Source of the DNA: the human T2T-CHM13v2.0 reference genome, Homo sapiens
Assembly (NCBI RefSeq): GCF_009914755.1
Contig: NC_060928.1
Strand: one strand, 5' to 3'
DNA length: 64,000 bases
The position numbers and the translations under genes were made by a program. Below are positions 14,126 through 28,444 of the stretch, piece by piece (positions within the stretch are counted from its first letter, which is position 1; each line of letters begins with the position of its first letter). The notes under the pieces were generated by a model. That model worked only from the letters and a program-made list of their open reading frames with translations, was not told the DNA's origin and searched no databases.

Positions 14126-14771
14126 CTAGGGCAGGGAAGGATTGACATATTCCTGATATCTATGACAGTGCCTGGCACCAAGTAAGTCTTCAGTGAATGA
14201 GGACCAGAACATACTGTCATTGTAATAACACTCAGCTTCCCTGCAGTTTTTCTCCTGGATTAGTCTAATACATCTCTTTATATGTATATGGCCTTGAGAA
14301 TTTGCCCTATTTCCTTCATTGCCCAATAAAGTAGTGGCAGATACTAGCCTCTGAAAAGAAAACAGATCAGCTTCCATTGGTGATATTTCTTTGACTCCTT
14401 CCCCAACTGCTCACTGCCTTCTCCTGTTCCAAACTTGTCTTCGCTGCACTCCTGAATATTGGTTCTATTTTTTTCCACAAGCTACTCTTGATTCTTGGTA
14501 CTTAGTGCTGACAGTTAAGCTCCCCAGTAAACCTTCAATCTTCCTGAAGAATGTGTCTCATTTCCTGAATTAGAGAAGTCATTTGGTGTCTGCTCACCCA
14601 AACTGTCTTTCGAGGGACTTTTGTCCACTCTAACCCCGATAGCTAAGCAGCCATATTTTAAAAACACAATTCCTTTTCTTTTCTTCCCTCCTCTCACCCT
14701 CATCCAGGGTTCAGGTAATTACACTAATGTCACCATCTGAGCCAAGCTAATCCTTTGGCTTGCTGGTATTA

Positions 14772-15080
<309 letters not shown>

Positions 15081-15459
15081 AAAAGAAAGATGAGCTGGGA
15101 TAACTAAGTTCTCTGTCTCCTAAATTTGAATTTAATTATGCAGGCAGACTATACCAGTTGGTAGTATAAATTAAAGCTGAAGAAAAAGCACCATGAAGCA
15201 GAGTTGGGTTCATAGCAAGGCACATGAAATGCAAAATCATGAAGCAATAGACACTGTAAGTAAGCAGAAAAAGCCTCAGAGCAAAGAAAGGAAAACAAAT
15301 CTGACACTGGGTGGTGGAACCAGAAATAGAAGAAAAGAGAGAAAGAAGGCGGACGAGTGTACTTTATTATTCCCTAGAGTTGTACCACAAGAGCTTTCTA
15401 GTTTCAGTTCTAATTACAGTACTAAATCAATATATATCCCTAATGTTCATTAGCTGAGC

Positions 15460-15925
15460 ATTGAAGGACTTCCTGCCTCAGAGCCTTTGCCCTTCCTGTT
15501 CCTTCTGCCTAGAACACTCCCTGCACCCCCTTTCCCATTCATCCATTCAGCAAATAATGGAGAAAAAATGAAACAGCAAGGGCAAAGCCCCTGAGGCTCT
15601 GCCTCATATTTCTGTTTACTCCCTGCCTTCCTTCAGGTCTCTGCTTAAATGTCACCTATGACAGAAGCATTACAGGTTGATGGTTTATAAAATGACAACT
15701 TGCCCATCATTTTCTGCCTCTTTCTTTATTTTGTTTTATTCTTTTTCATAGCACTATCACCATTTGACAAATTGTGTAGTTATTTTTGTGTTTTGCTTGT
15801 TTTCCCAACTAAAAGGTGAACTCTGCAAGACAGAGCAACTTCGTCAGATTAACTACTATATCTCCAGTGCCTAGGACAGTACGTAGTAGGTGCTCAGTAA
15901 ATATTTGCTTAGTGAATGAATAAAT
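15460..15925 (+). mobile_element. L2 3' end
   Basis: cctgcctcagagcctttgccc...gttccttctgcctagaacac...cagtgcctaggacagt...agtaggtgctcagtaaatatttg...gaatgaat. Confidence 0.8.
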
Positions 15926-16347
15926 CCAGAGAAAGGTCCCTAGAGGAGATGAAGCTGTGCTGGGTCACAAACAGTTTTTCATGTGAATACAGATAGGAAA
16001 GGCATTCTAAGCACAGGAAATAGCATTAGCTAAAGCTCAAAATCAAGAAACAAAATAGTATACAAAGCCACAAAAATATGAACAAATTGGTGCACATATA
16101 GTGTAGTTGAAATGAGATGCAGGGACACAGTAATTAGAGACAAGTGTAGATACATAAGCCAGATTATGCAGTATTAGATGCCATGCTAAGGAACATGGGC
16201 TTTATTCAGCAGGCGAAGAGCGTCCACTGAAAAGTTTTAAGCATATATTAGGACTATATGGTAGGCAAAATTCTAAGATAGTTCCTCAAATTCCCAGCCC
16301 AAGTGTACCCATATCTTCTCTCGGTTATTGAAGTAAACACTAATATA

Positions 16348-16558
16348 TAACATAACATAACATAACATAACATAACATAACATAACATAACATAACATAT
16401 ATTATGATATAATTGATATATATTAGATATCATATTAGTACATATATTATATATAATATGTATTATATAGGATATTAGTACATATTATATATTATTAGTG
16501 TATATTATATATAGTACATATTAGTATGTTAGTATATATTATATAATTGAGATATATA

Positions 16559-16625
<67 letters not shown>
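16348..16625 (+). repeat. Compound (AACAT)n / TA-rich / (TG)n microsatellite
   Basis: About 10 AACAT units, ~160 bp TA-rich with recurring attagtacatatt, then TG repeats. Confidence 0.95.
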
Positions 16626-16626
<1 letters not shown>

Positions 16627-16737
16627 GAAGAGATTTTTGCAGATGTAATTAAGGTCATAAATCAGTTGACTTTAAGATAGGGAGATTATCCTTGGTGAGC
16701 CTGACCTAATCAGGTGAGCCCTTAAAAGGGACTGAGC

Positions 16738-16981
16738 TTTCTTTCTTTCTTTTTTTTTTTAGACAGGCTCTCTCTGTCATCTGGGCTGGGGTGCAGTGGT
16801 GCAATCTCAGCTTACGGCAACCCCCACCTCACCTCCTGGGTTCAAGCGAGTCTCCTGCCTCAGTAAAGATGAGGTCTCACCACGTTGGTCAGGCTCGTCT
16901 CGAACTCCTGACCTCAAGTGATCCACCAGCCTTGGCCTCCCAAAGTGCTAGAATTACAGGTGTGAGCCACCGCACCCAGCC
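16738..16981 (-). mobile_element. AluS with an internal deletion
   Basis: Reverse Alu; cctgcctcag joins directly to taaagatgagg, so the linker and part of the right arm (~60 bp) are missing. Confidence 0.9.
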
Positions 16982-17719
16982 TGAGCTCTTTTGATAAATT
17001 GGATATAAGTACGATTCTCCATTGCTGGCTGGGGCCATGTGACAAGCAATGGGAATGGCCTGTAGGAAATGAGAGGGCCCCTGGCTAACAACCAGCAAGG
17101 GAATGGCACCTCAGTCCTACAATGGAAAGGAATTGAAATCTGCCAGCAGCCTGAATGAGCCTGGAAGTGAATCCCAAGTTCCAGCTGAGACCACAGTCAA
17201 GCAACACCATGATTTCAACCTAGTGAGACCCTGAGCAGAGATCCAGCTACTCCTTGCCTACAGAAATGTGAGCTAACAAATGGGTGTTTCTTTATGCCAC
17301 TGTGCTTGTGGTAATCTGTTATACTAGAATAGAAAAACTGCTAGACTGTGTGGAAAACAGCTTGGAGAGGGTTAAGACTAGAGACAGGGAGCCAGGGAGG
17401 GGGGTGCTGCAGTCATCCAGACATGGGAGGAATGCCCAGAATTGCAATGATCCTATACCTCTGAAATTCATAGGGGCCTTCCTTCCCTGCTGAGCTGAGC
17501 ACACAACTGCCTTTGAACTCTACGCTTTAAAGCACCCTGTAACTTTGGAGGAAGCTGCTTTCCATTGATAGGTTGGCTCCACCAGCTCTGATCAGTCCAT
17601 TCCCAGCTTTTCCATCTTCCTGACAACATGCGGTATCAACAAGTTTCCTGTCTAAGCCCCCTGAGTTGTAAAAATCAGTCATGCTTCTCACCAATAGCTT
17701 CCTTTGGAGGCATGGACAC

Positions 17720-17895
17720 ATAGCAGCTCTCAACCTTGGCAGCCCATGACAATGGTCTTGAGAGCTTTTAAAATCATGATATCCAGCCCAACCACTCAGA
17801 GATTCTCATTCAACTGGGTCTCAGGCATCGTGTTTATTTGTTTGTTTTAACTCTTTCAGTGATTGTGGCCTATAGCCCTGGTTGAAAACAACAGA
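17720..17895. mobile_element. MER5A-like hAT-Charlie MITE
   Basis: gcagctctcaaccttggc...gagcttttaaaat...cagagattct...caggcatc...ggttgaaaac. Confidence 0.6.
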
Positions 17896-18089
17896 AATAT
17901 AGCCTCAATTTGAAGGTACATGATTTGAGAGATGATATTTAGTAATAAAATGTCATTTTCTCATCTATCTTTCAGAATAGCATTATGGAATATTCTCTTT
18001 TCGCCTCCCTCTTCTCTTCTCCCTTCTGCTTCCAACTTTCCCAGTAAGAAAACTAACATCATTATTATGTAAAATTTGTTACATTAACA

Positions 18090-18500
18090 TTTCATTATAG
18101 AAATGATTTCAAGTAGTTGATGAGGAGACTAAGGCTCAAAATAAGTTAAATGAATTGCTTCATAATCACATCGTTTGTGGGCTAAACACAATCTCAAACC
18201 ATCTTCATGTCCCAAACCTTATGTTTTCCCCATCAACACCATTCCATAAGGAACTGTAAAGAATATATCTACCTCTGTTTATATCAGCCACCACCTACTG
18301 ACTATGTTCTAGATACTATCAAGTATGTTTCAGATTTCATTTGAGTCTCACATTGATGTTATGTGGTAAGAATAGATACTTCCACAGTGATAAAACTGAC
18401 GTTTGAAGTGGTTAAAAAACTAACCCAGGGTCAGACAACAAGTAAATGATTAATTCAGAATATATGTAGCAATCTTCTGATTCCAAGTTCAGTGTTCCTA
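18090..18500 (-). mobile_element. MIR fragments
   Basis: gatgaggagactaaggctc...gttaaatgaattgc and gataaaactgac...gtggttaaaaaactaacccagggtc...ttctgattccaag. Confidence 0.55.
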
Positions 18501-19574
18501 CTGTATTCACTTGATCCTAGAGACGAATGACTCTGTCAAAGGCAGAATATCCTTGGAAAGAACATTCTTCAGCCCAAATAAAATAAAAATAATCCCCACT
18601 ATTTCTTCAAGTTTCTCCCCCACCACTTGGGGTACTCACATAAATTCTCCACTTGATTCTAAAGCTGCACTTTATGAAACAGCTTGCTGATAACTACAGT
18701 GATCCTAATAAGATACTGTATTCCAAAAATCATGTGACTATACAGGCACACATTGACACATATGTGAATACGAGTGACAAACACAAGACATCTATACCAC
18801 AGAAAGTGAATTATGATTATTCCGGGAAGTGAGTGATTTTTTTCCTTCTTGTTCTCCTTCACTTTCTCGTTCTTCTCCTTCTCCCTGCCCCTCCTCCTCT
18901 TCTTCTTTTTCTTCTTCTTCCATTTCTCTTTCTAAATTTTCCACAATGCAAATGTAATATTTTATAATTAGGAAAAAGTTAAATGATGAAAAGAGAAAAA
19001 AATGACAGTCTCCAAAATTCTTTTTTCCTGCCTCATCTATCCCACTGCTATGTATTAATACTCAACCCCTCTCCTCCAAAGTTTATTTGGTATTAGGCTC
19101 AAATAAACCCTCTCCTTATATATTGCTATATTCATTCATTTACAACTGCAGCTACATGCCTATAAATTGCCCATGACAATAGAAAGATAAGTAATATTCT
19201 CCCTTTGTCCTCAAGAACCTCACATCTAGCGTGACAAACTAATTAATGGGTTATTATTACATAACTTTGGTATTACACCATAAGAAAGAAGGAACGCCTT
19301 CATTCTCTACTTTTCATCTTGAGAAAAATGTCTTCATGGCTCCACTTATCTTTAGTTTGAAAGGGTCTATACCTGGCAACTGCTCCATTATCGGAAAGTC
19401 ACACAAATCTGTCTTGAAACAGCATGTGTATTTACCGAAAGACATAGAAAGAGAAAATAGCAGTGGTGGAAGAATGGACCTGCAATGTTGCACTGTAAGT
19501 AGGGTGGCCTTAGCATTTATCATTCAAACCTTTGAGATGCTTGTGAGAATGGAAAAGGGTGGCATTAAAAGTTA

Positions 19575-20032
<458 letters not shown>

Positions 20033-22959
20033 AAAAGTTATCCTGGGCAACAGGCATGAAACTCTCAATTTTTTCCAAGAAAACTGTGACATATATTCAT
20101 GCTTATATGGAATTAAGAGAGTCAAGACATTTTTTCCCATTGAGATGACTTCTCGTGGAAAATCAAAGATATTTATTGAGCCCTTTCACATTCAGTTTTG
20201 CAACAATCTTGAAATAATTCCTATTCATGTCATTTGCATAATTCCACACATGGACCACCTGCTTTATGAGTTTGCCATGTATGTAGAGGACATTTCCACC
20301 AGCTCGGTATTCCTCATGGGGCTCCCAGTTCCTCACCTGCATCCTAGGACAATTCTGCCCAGGAATTTATTCTTCTGGGTCCTTTGTCTCTGCAGCCATA
20401 CTTCTGAAACCACAGCTGCTGGGCCTCTCTGAGCCTTCTTCATGTGATGGCAGAGGCAGGCCTAGTCGTAGCTGCAGAAACAAAGGTGAAGGACCCCCTG
20501 AAGCTGGCTGGTGGGTAAGGAGCAGTGGCTCGGGCTTTGTTGCTGGTATGGATTTCTCCTGTTTGCTGTGGAATAGAATTTAGGGAAGTAATGAGGGAGC
20601 CCTGTCGTGTTCACCACACACAGGCTCCATCAGTGCAAAATTTCACTCGGCAGATGAACACAGACAGATGCACATTTTCTTCACCAATGAAATATTAAAC
20701 ATGACAGTTGTGTTACTCATCAGGAAATGCTGCATGCAAAATGCATGTGTAACCCACGAGGTCTTCCTCATTTCATCCCTCCTGCTTGGCTAGGGTTCTA
20801 GGAGATGATATTCCTCCTGCAACGATGTTCAGGTATCCAATTCCAAAAGTTACGGTCAATGGTATCTTTGGGAAGATAATTTAAAGGCTTTTGGCTTTAA
20901 ATTAAGGATCCATTAAGATAATAAAATGTTGTCTTTGACTTTATTGTTATTCTGCCTAAGGGATCTGTGGGAGAACACAGGATTAAAAACTATGGAGAGA
21001 AAGATTCCCATCACTATGGAAACAGATTCATTTATTTTTATAGGCTGATTTCTAATTCCTCTCCCTGGGCAAAGCTCCCACTAACTTCTGATGCTAGGAG
21101 ATGATGCTTATTCAACAGATATTTTGTTGCTTGGGGTTGCTTTTCCTGTTTATTTGGAGAGAAGGGTGGTAGGAGAGGAGGGCTCAGTAAAGAGGCAAGC
21201 TGTATAAGAATATGTTTTCAGTGGTTTGACTTAAATCAGAGTAGCCAACTGATTGGAGTGAGAAGGCCATATTTAGAACTCACTACCAATATAGGAAAAG
21301 GAAACCCCTTAAGTGTTACTAGCTTGACATCAACTCTTAAAAAATGCAAAATACAGAGAGAGCAGTTTCAAGAAGCATAACTCCTGAATAAAATTCTGTC
21401 TGTTGACTATGTTCAGCCTAGAACCTCATAACTATATATAGAGAACATCACAAAGGGTAGCATTCTTTAGGAACCACAATAGGTTTCCAGTCAACTATTT
21501 TTAACTACTCATTTCTTACTGTTTTTGAAGTTTATATTACCCAATGGGATGCCAAATTCTCTCTCTTACAAGCAGGGATCTTGTGGATAAGGAACAGCTC
21601 TTACTTCCCCTATTAGCTACTTCCAAGAACAAATGAGGATTGTAATTGATACCTGCTGCTATGCTGTTGCACTCTTAGCCTGAGAAGTGCTAGGGATATA
21701 AATAGCAGCTTGATGATTTAACTCAATCTGGTTTAAGAGATCATGTGTTGCTGTTACTTTGCATGAAAATGACATCATGCCTGGTTATTCAATGTGCTGT
21801 GCAATCCAACAAACTGAGGATGGCCAATCACAGATCTCTGTATCAGAATTTGGTCAAAGCTCTGGAATGCAGGATGAAACAGTGCATGCAGAACTGGTAG
21901 AAAGATCAGTGGAGCAATTCATCCATCAAATCTGACCAAACAGCTGCCACTCCCCTTTCAGGCAACTCAGACATTAGCCATCAGTCCTGGAAAGCCATAG
22001 GAGCAAAGCCAGTTAAATCATGATTCAGCAAATTGAAATTCAAGTAAAGTGCAATGCAGCAGCGTGTTTGCGCACGTGTGTGGGTGTACGTATATGAAGA
22101 AAGCCACAGGTGTGGTGAAAGATTCCCTAGATTGAGTTCCCTATTTAATCTTTAATATAGAGGAGACAAAATTTAGAAATTGGTTTTAAAATGTCTGTTT
22201 CACATTGCCAAATATTTGACCTCAGGAAATACCTGGATGTTTGGCCAACTTCTTCATCATGTATTTGACACAGGTACCGTTCTATGCTTACTTCAGTGCA
22301 CATATGCACACAGGCCTTCAGAGACGGTTAGCCCATTTACCCCATTTGGCTGCCTCTTATCCAAAGGACTCTAAGTGACACTGAAAGCAGGATGCAGAGG
22401 TGGGTAAAAATATGTGTAGGAGAAGACTAAGTAACTCAACCTGGGATGGAAGAGTACATGATGTAATATTGCATATCCCAAGGCCACATTTTCCACAGCA
22501 GGTGGGGGAGGGTGGTATATGATTTGAGGATTTTGGCAAAAGCACTGGCATCCCTCTGTATTAGAAATAAACACCAAGAGATATCCGTATAATAGAAAAC
22601 TGGATAAATCACACATTAAAATCTTTATTTCAAGTCAATAACCGTATGTTGAAAGAAATGTGCAAGGTACTAGGCAGGAGACAACATTACCATACACAGG
22701 CCTCGCCCTCAATGCCTTTACAGTCCGGTGAAGGATTGAGACACAGAAACAATGAATCATTGGCAAAAGAAAGGGGGAAGGAGGAGTCTAACGTGATGCT
22801 AAGATTCCTACTTGAGTGACTAGCAAGAAATATGGAATGATGAGCAATTAAATTTTTTTTTCAAATATTACAAAGGCAACACGTGCTCGTTCATCCCCAC
22901 CACACCCCACCCTGGGAAATAACATTAAGTCAGCTGATTATTCCACCATTCCCATGTCC

Positions 22960-23660
<701 letters not shown>

Positions 23661-25090
23661 CTTACTGATGATGAGCAACTCTGGGAACTGGAGACCTGAG
23701 TACGGCAGAAAAAGGAAGGGAACAGTATTTAGTTTGATTTTCAACTAGTTAAGTCTAAGATGTCTGCTGGATGTTTCTAGGTTGACACCTAGTAGGTAGT
23801 GAGCTATTCAGCTCTGGCACTAACAGATTTACATGTGAGTGAGGACAAAGGAGTGGATGGAATAGCTCTGAGGAAGAGAATGGAGCCGAGAAGTGGGGTG
23901 ACTATAGATCTCAAGGTAGCTCCTCCATCATGAAGCTGAGTGGAAAAATTCGGAATTAGCAAAGGAGGCTGTGGGTGTGTCTGAGAGGTAGGTGGAAGCA
24001 GAAAGAGTGCAAACTAAGGGAAACAAGAGGAAGAGCCAGTCTCAAAAAGCAGAACCTGGACTACGGCATCAAACGTGGGGTGAGATCTTTAATCACAGTG
24101 ACCTGGATGTTGCTATTATATCTCATGTTTAGGGCACAGAAATGGAAATTCCAATCTCATATTTTTTTAAAAAAATTTTGCAATTCCCATGGTAGCCTTG
24201 GGAATTGCAAGTGCCAACTGCAAGGAATAGGGTGATACTGACATGTCAAATATACTTTTATCCAAAAATCATCCCAGGGCGTCCCAGCTATTGGGGATTA
24301 TACTCTACACCCCACAAGAAGTTCTTCAGCAACACTGGAAATGAGTTGGAAAATGGTCATTTCCCCTCCCCATGCCCGCCTTGTGAAAGAAGCCCTGTCA
24401 ATCACAGAATAAAAGGCCCTAAATCATTCACTGAGCAGAAAAATAGCCTGTAAATTATCAAAAGCTTATTACATCCATGTTGACAGCACATAGGCTATGA
24501 TGCTGAAATTTCACTCTCATCATCTCTTTCTGGACAACGGAAATGGAGTCTTCACCTGCCTATTTCAAAAGTCCTCTTGATGATAAGCTCTAAATATGTT
24601 GCTGCAACACACCATGTGATTATCTACATCATACACCTCATGACATTGTCCTGTGTTTGTGGAGGGGATTCAGGACAGGAAGTGACTCTGTCATAACTGG
24701 GCACACTTATGTACACACTTAAAATGTTCAACCTCCAGGGAACACTGACAATCCCCTCCCTCTGCCTGCTCATTTCTTTTATTTAGTGATGACCCACTCC
24801 TATTGATAAGCAGCATATGTAGGAAATGCTCCAGAGGAAAAGAACAGCCATTTTACACTATGACTAGGCCATACTTCAACTGGCCTGATGAGAAGGACAG
24901 CAAGATTTTCAACACTGGCCTCATGGAGTCAGATGATGCACAGGTATCAAATGCTATCCCTCAGACAGGTTTTTAAGAGGACAGTGTTTGCACAACAGTG
25001 ATAAAGGCTATCCTGGGAATTGCAAATTCAATTTGACTTACAGCAGTCATGCTTTCCTCTGGAGACAGAGATGATTTGAGCTGCAGGGAA

Positions 25091-25132
<42 letters not shown>

Positions 25133-25136
25133 ACAC
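25091..25136 (+). repeat. (CA)n microsatellite
   Basis: Direct reading. Confidence 0.95.
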
Positions 25137-25689
25137 AACTCCTTGCACTGCCTGAAAATTAGTATGGATTGACAAAATGAAATAGCATAGTAGACTGGCA
25201 GAGAGATGATAATTGCAGTAGGGCAACCAGGGCTGGTTGAGCCCAGAGGAGGAAATTATCATTTTGATTATGTTCAGGAGAATCTATTTATGAGTACAGG
25301 TTTCCTAGTTGAGTCAGATTAAATATTTTTCTGGCTCTAAAACACAAAATTTCTATAAAAATAAACTTAGGTAAATTCTTTGACCCAGAATCTTTTCAAT
25401 CATTTCTGCTTGATGAAAAGCAGTCGTACAGGGGAAGGCTTCTCATTTATCTCACGGATCATTTACACCTGCAACTTGGCAGCATTCTTACCAAGTGTCC
25501 TCTCCACACAGCCACCTGCCATACCCGAGTCTCCTTTTCCTCATGCTTCTTCAGCCCATTGGCTCACCCCACGTGGCAGGGAACACAGCCTCTGTAAGAA
25601 TGAGGAAGTGAAAGCACTGTGCAAAAGAAAAGCTGGTATACAAGGCTGGTGATACGTCTGTAAAGGCAAACTGCAACACGTTAAACTTG

Positions 25690-25920
25690 AAATTCGGACA
25701 AACCTGAGTTCAAATTCCATCTCAGCCACTTACAAGGTGGATGACCTTGGGCAAGTTACACAACCTTTGTTTCCTTATGTGTAAGACAGGGAAATCAATA
25801 TTCACTTCTTAGGATTGTGGTAAGGATTGGAGGGGAAAATTAATAATCAATGGATCCAGACATGCACATGTTTAGTGTCCCTGGCATGTTGTAGGCACCA
25901 CTACAATGTAATGATTATGT
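25690..25920 (+). mobile_element. MIR
   Basis: acctgagttcaaattccatctcagccacttac...tgaccttgggcaagtta...ttaggattgtggtaaggatt. Confidence 0.8.
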
Positions 25921-26731
25921 GGAGAATCTATAAAATCCTATAAAAATTTGCCTGAGTCGTTGACTCCAAAGTAATAAACTAGTTTGCTTTAATGTTAAAT
26001 GCCAAAAGCATTACTCAAGAAATATTATTTCCTGATTGTTTTTTCTCATAAAACCCACAACATTCTTTCTCATCAAGTTGGCTAGAGGGTTTTGAGGGTT
26101 GGGGACCCCACTGGACCCAGGTTTTGTTCTAACTGAATTGCATTAAGGTTAGAAAAGAATGAATGATTTAGGAAGCTATTTCTAATTCCTTTATGTCTGT
26201 AAAACACTCAAATAAAATAAATCTGACAAAATCAGTAGATTTCCCAAACTTGAGTCATTTTCTCATGATAAGGCATTTCTCTCAAGATAAGGCAGCATAA
26301 GGCTAGACGTTAATTTTTGACAAGGGTACCAAAACAATTCCATGGGGGAAATAATAGTTTTTTTTTCAACAAATGGTGCATATCTATATGCAAAAGAATG
26401 AAACTGGACCCCTTTCTCACATGATAGATGAAAATTAACCCCAAAAGGACCATAGACCTAAATGTAAGAAAGAAAATTATAAAACTCATAGAAGAAAGCA
26501 CAGAAGTAAATCTTCAGTGATTTTGGGTTAAGTGAGGTCTTAAATATAATACCAAAAGCAAGTGCAACAAAAGAAAAAAATAGATAAATTAGACTGCATC
26601 AAAATTAAAAATTTTTATGCTTCAAAGGACATCAACAAGAAAATGAAAAAGATGACTCACAAAATGGGGGAAAATTTGCATGTTACATATCTGATAATAG
26701 ATTTATATCTAGAATATATGAAGAACTCTTA

Positions 26732-26897
<166 letters not shown>

Positions 26898-27483
26898 AAT
26901 ATATAGATATATATATAGATATATATTATATCGATATTATATTAATATTATATATTAATATCTATATATTATAGATATATATTATATCTATAGTATTATA
27001 ATATATATTATATAATTATATATTATATATTATATTATATAATATAATATATAATATATAATTATAATATATAATTATATTATATATAATATAATATAAT
27101 ATTGTATTATATATCATACAATATTATATTATATTATATATAATATAATATAAATTACATAATATTATATAATATAATATATATTACATAATATTATATA
27201 ATATAATATATATTACATAATATTATATAATATATAATATAATTATTATAAAATATAATATAATATAAAATATATATTATGTAATAATATATATTATATA
27301 ATTATATAATATAATATATAATATATAATTATATAATATATATTATAATACTATAGATATAATATATATCTATATATTAATATATAGATATTAATATCTA
27401 CATCTATAATATATAGATATTAATATATAATATTAATATAATAATATCGATATAATATATATCTATATATATATCTATATATT
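26898..27483. repeat. AT-rich low-complexity core of the palindrome, including a 29 bp tandem unit
   Basis: Almost pure A/T; attacataatattatataat starts at 27154, 27183 and 27212. Confidence 0.95.
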
Positions 27484-27601
27484 AGAGTCAGGGTCTTGCT
27501 TTGTCACCTAGGCCGGAGTGCAGTGGCACGATCATATTTCACTGCAGCCTCAAACTCCTGGGCTCAAGCGATCCCCCTGTCTCAGCCCCCCAAAGCACTG
27601 G
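27484..27601 (-). mobile_element. Inverted copy of the same Alu monomer; right arm of the palindrome
   Basis: Reverse complement matches 26780-26897 at every position but one (A26793 vs C27588), including non-consensus bases. Confidence 0.95.
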
Positions 27602-27605
27602 CTAA

Positions 27606-27919
27606 TATATATAATATAATTATATATTATATCTAATATATATTAGATATATTATATATTATATCTATATATAATATAGATATAATATATAATATATAAT
27701 ACATATTTATATTATATATAATACATATTATATATTAATATATTATATATAATATATAAATATATATTCAATTAAAAGTAAAATAATATGTATTATAATA
27801 TATAGATATATATTATAATACATATTATTTTACTTTTAATTGAATATATATTTATATATATTTTACACTTAATTTTATATATATTAAATTATATAATATT
27901 TTACATATATATGTAAAAT
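27606..27919. repeat. AT-rich tract with nested perfect palindromes
   Basis: 53 bp-arm hairpin 27752-27859; palindromes 27628-27651 and 27898-27919. Confidence 0.95.
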
Positions 27920-28127
27920 GGGCTTAGAATTTAAACAGAAGATTTGAAAGATTTACAAATGGTTAGTAAGGACATGAAAAGATGTCCCATGTTATTAGCT
28001 ATTAGAAAAATGCAAATCAAAACTACAACAAGGTACCACATTACACCCATCACACCTTTGTAGGATGGCCATAATCAAAAACAAGGATAACAATAAATGT
28101 TAGCAATTAAGAAATGTATGCCTTCCT

Positions 28128-28444
28128 GTCTGGGCGCGGTGGTTCACACCTGTAATCCCAGCACTTTGGGAGGCTGAGGCAGATGGATCATTTGAGGTCA
28201 GGAGTTCAAGACCAACCTGGCCAACATGGTAAAACATCGTCTTTACTAAAAATACAAAAATTAGCTGGGCATGGTGGCATGAGCCTGTAATCCCATCTAC
28301 TCAGGAGGCTGAGGCAGGAGAATCACTGGAACCCAGGAAGCAGAGGTTGCAGTGAGCCAAGATCACACCACTGCACTCTAGCCTAGGTGACAGAGCGAGA
28401 CTCCATCTCAAAAAAAGAAAAAGAAAAGAAAAGAAAAGAAAAGA
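28128..28444 (+). mobile_element. AluS (Sx/Sz-like) with (GAAAA)n tail
   Basis: Full dimer; degenerate TSD aagaaatg(t/c)atgc(c/a)tt(c/t)ct at 28109-28127 and 28445-28463. Confidence 0.95.

Larger units (their letters stand above)
16257..17345 (+). mobile_element. MaLR LTR, MLT1E-family, interrupted by a compound microsatellite and an Alu
   Basis: tatggtaggcaaaattctaagat...ttttgcagatgtaattaagg...cagttgactttaagatagggagattatcc...gaattgaaatctgccagcagcctgaatgagc...gtggtaatctgttatac..aatagaaaa. Confidence 0.8.

Noticed and set aside
27154-27240. Regularly spaced 29 bp repeats, superficially CRISPR-like
   Set aside because: Head-to-tail AT-rich minisatellite without unique spacers, in primate DNA with no cas genes.
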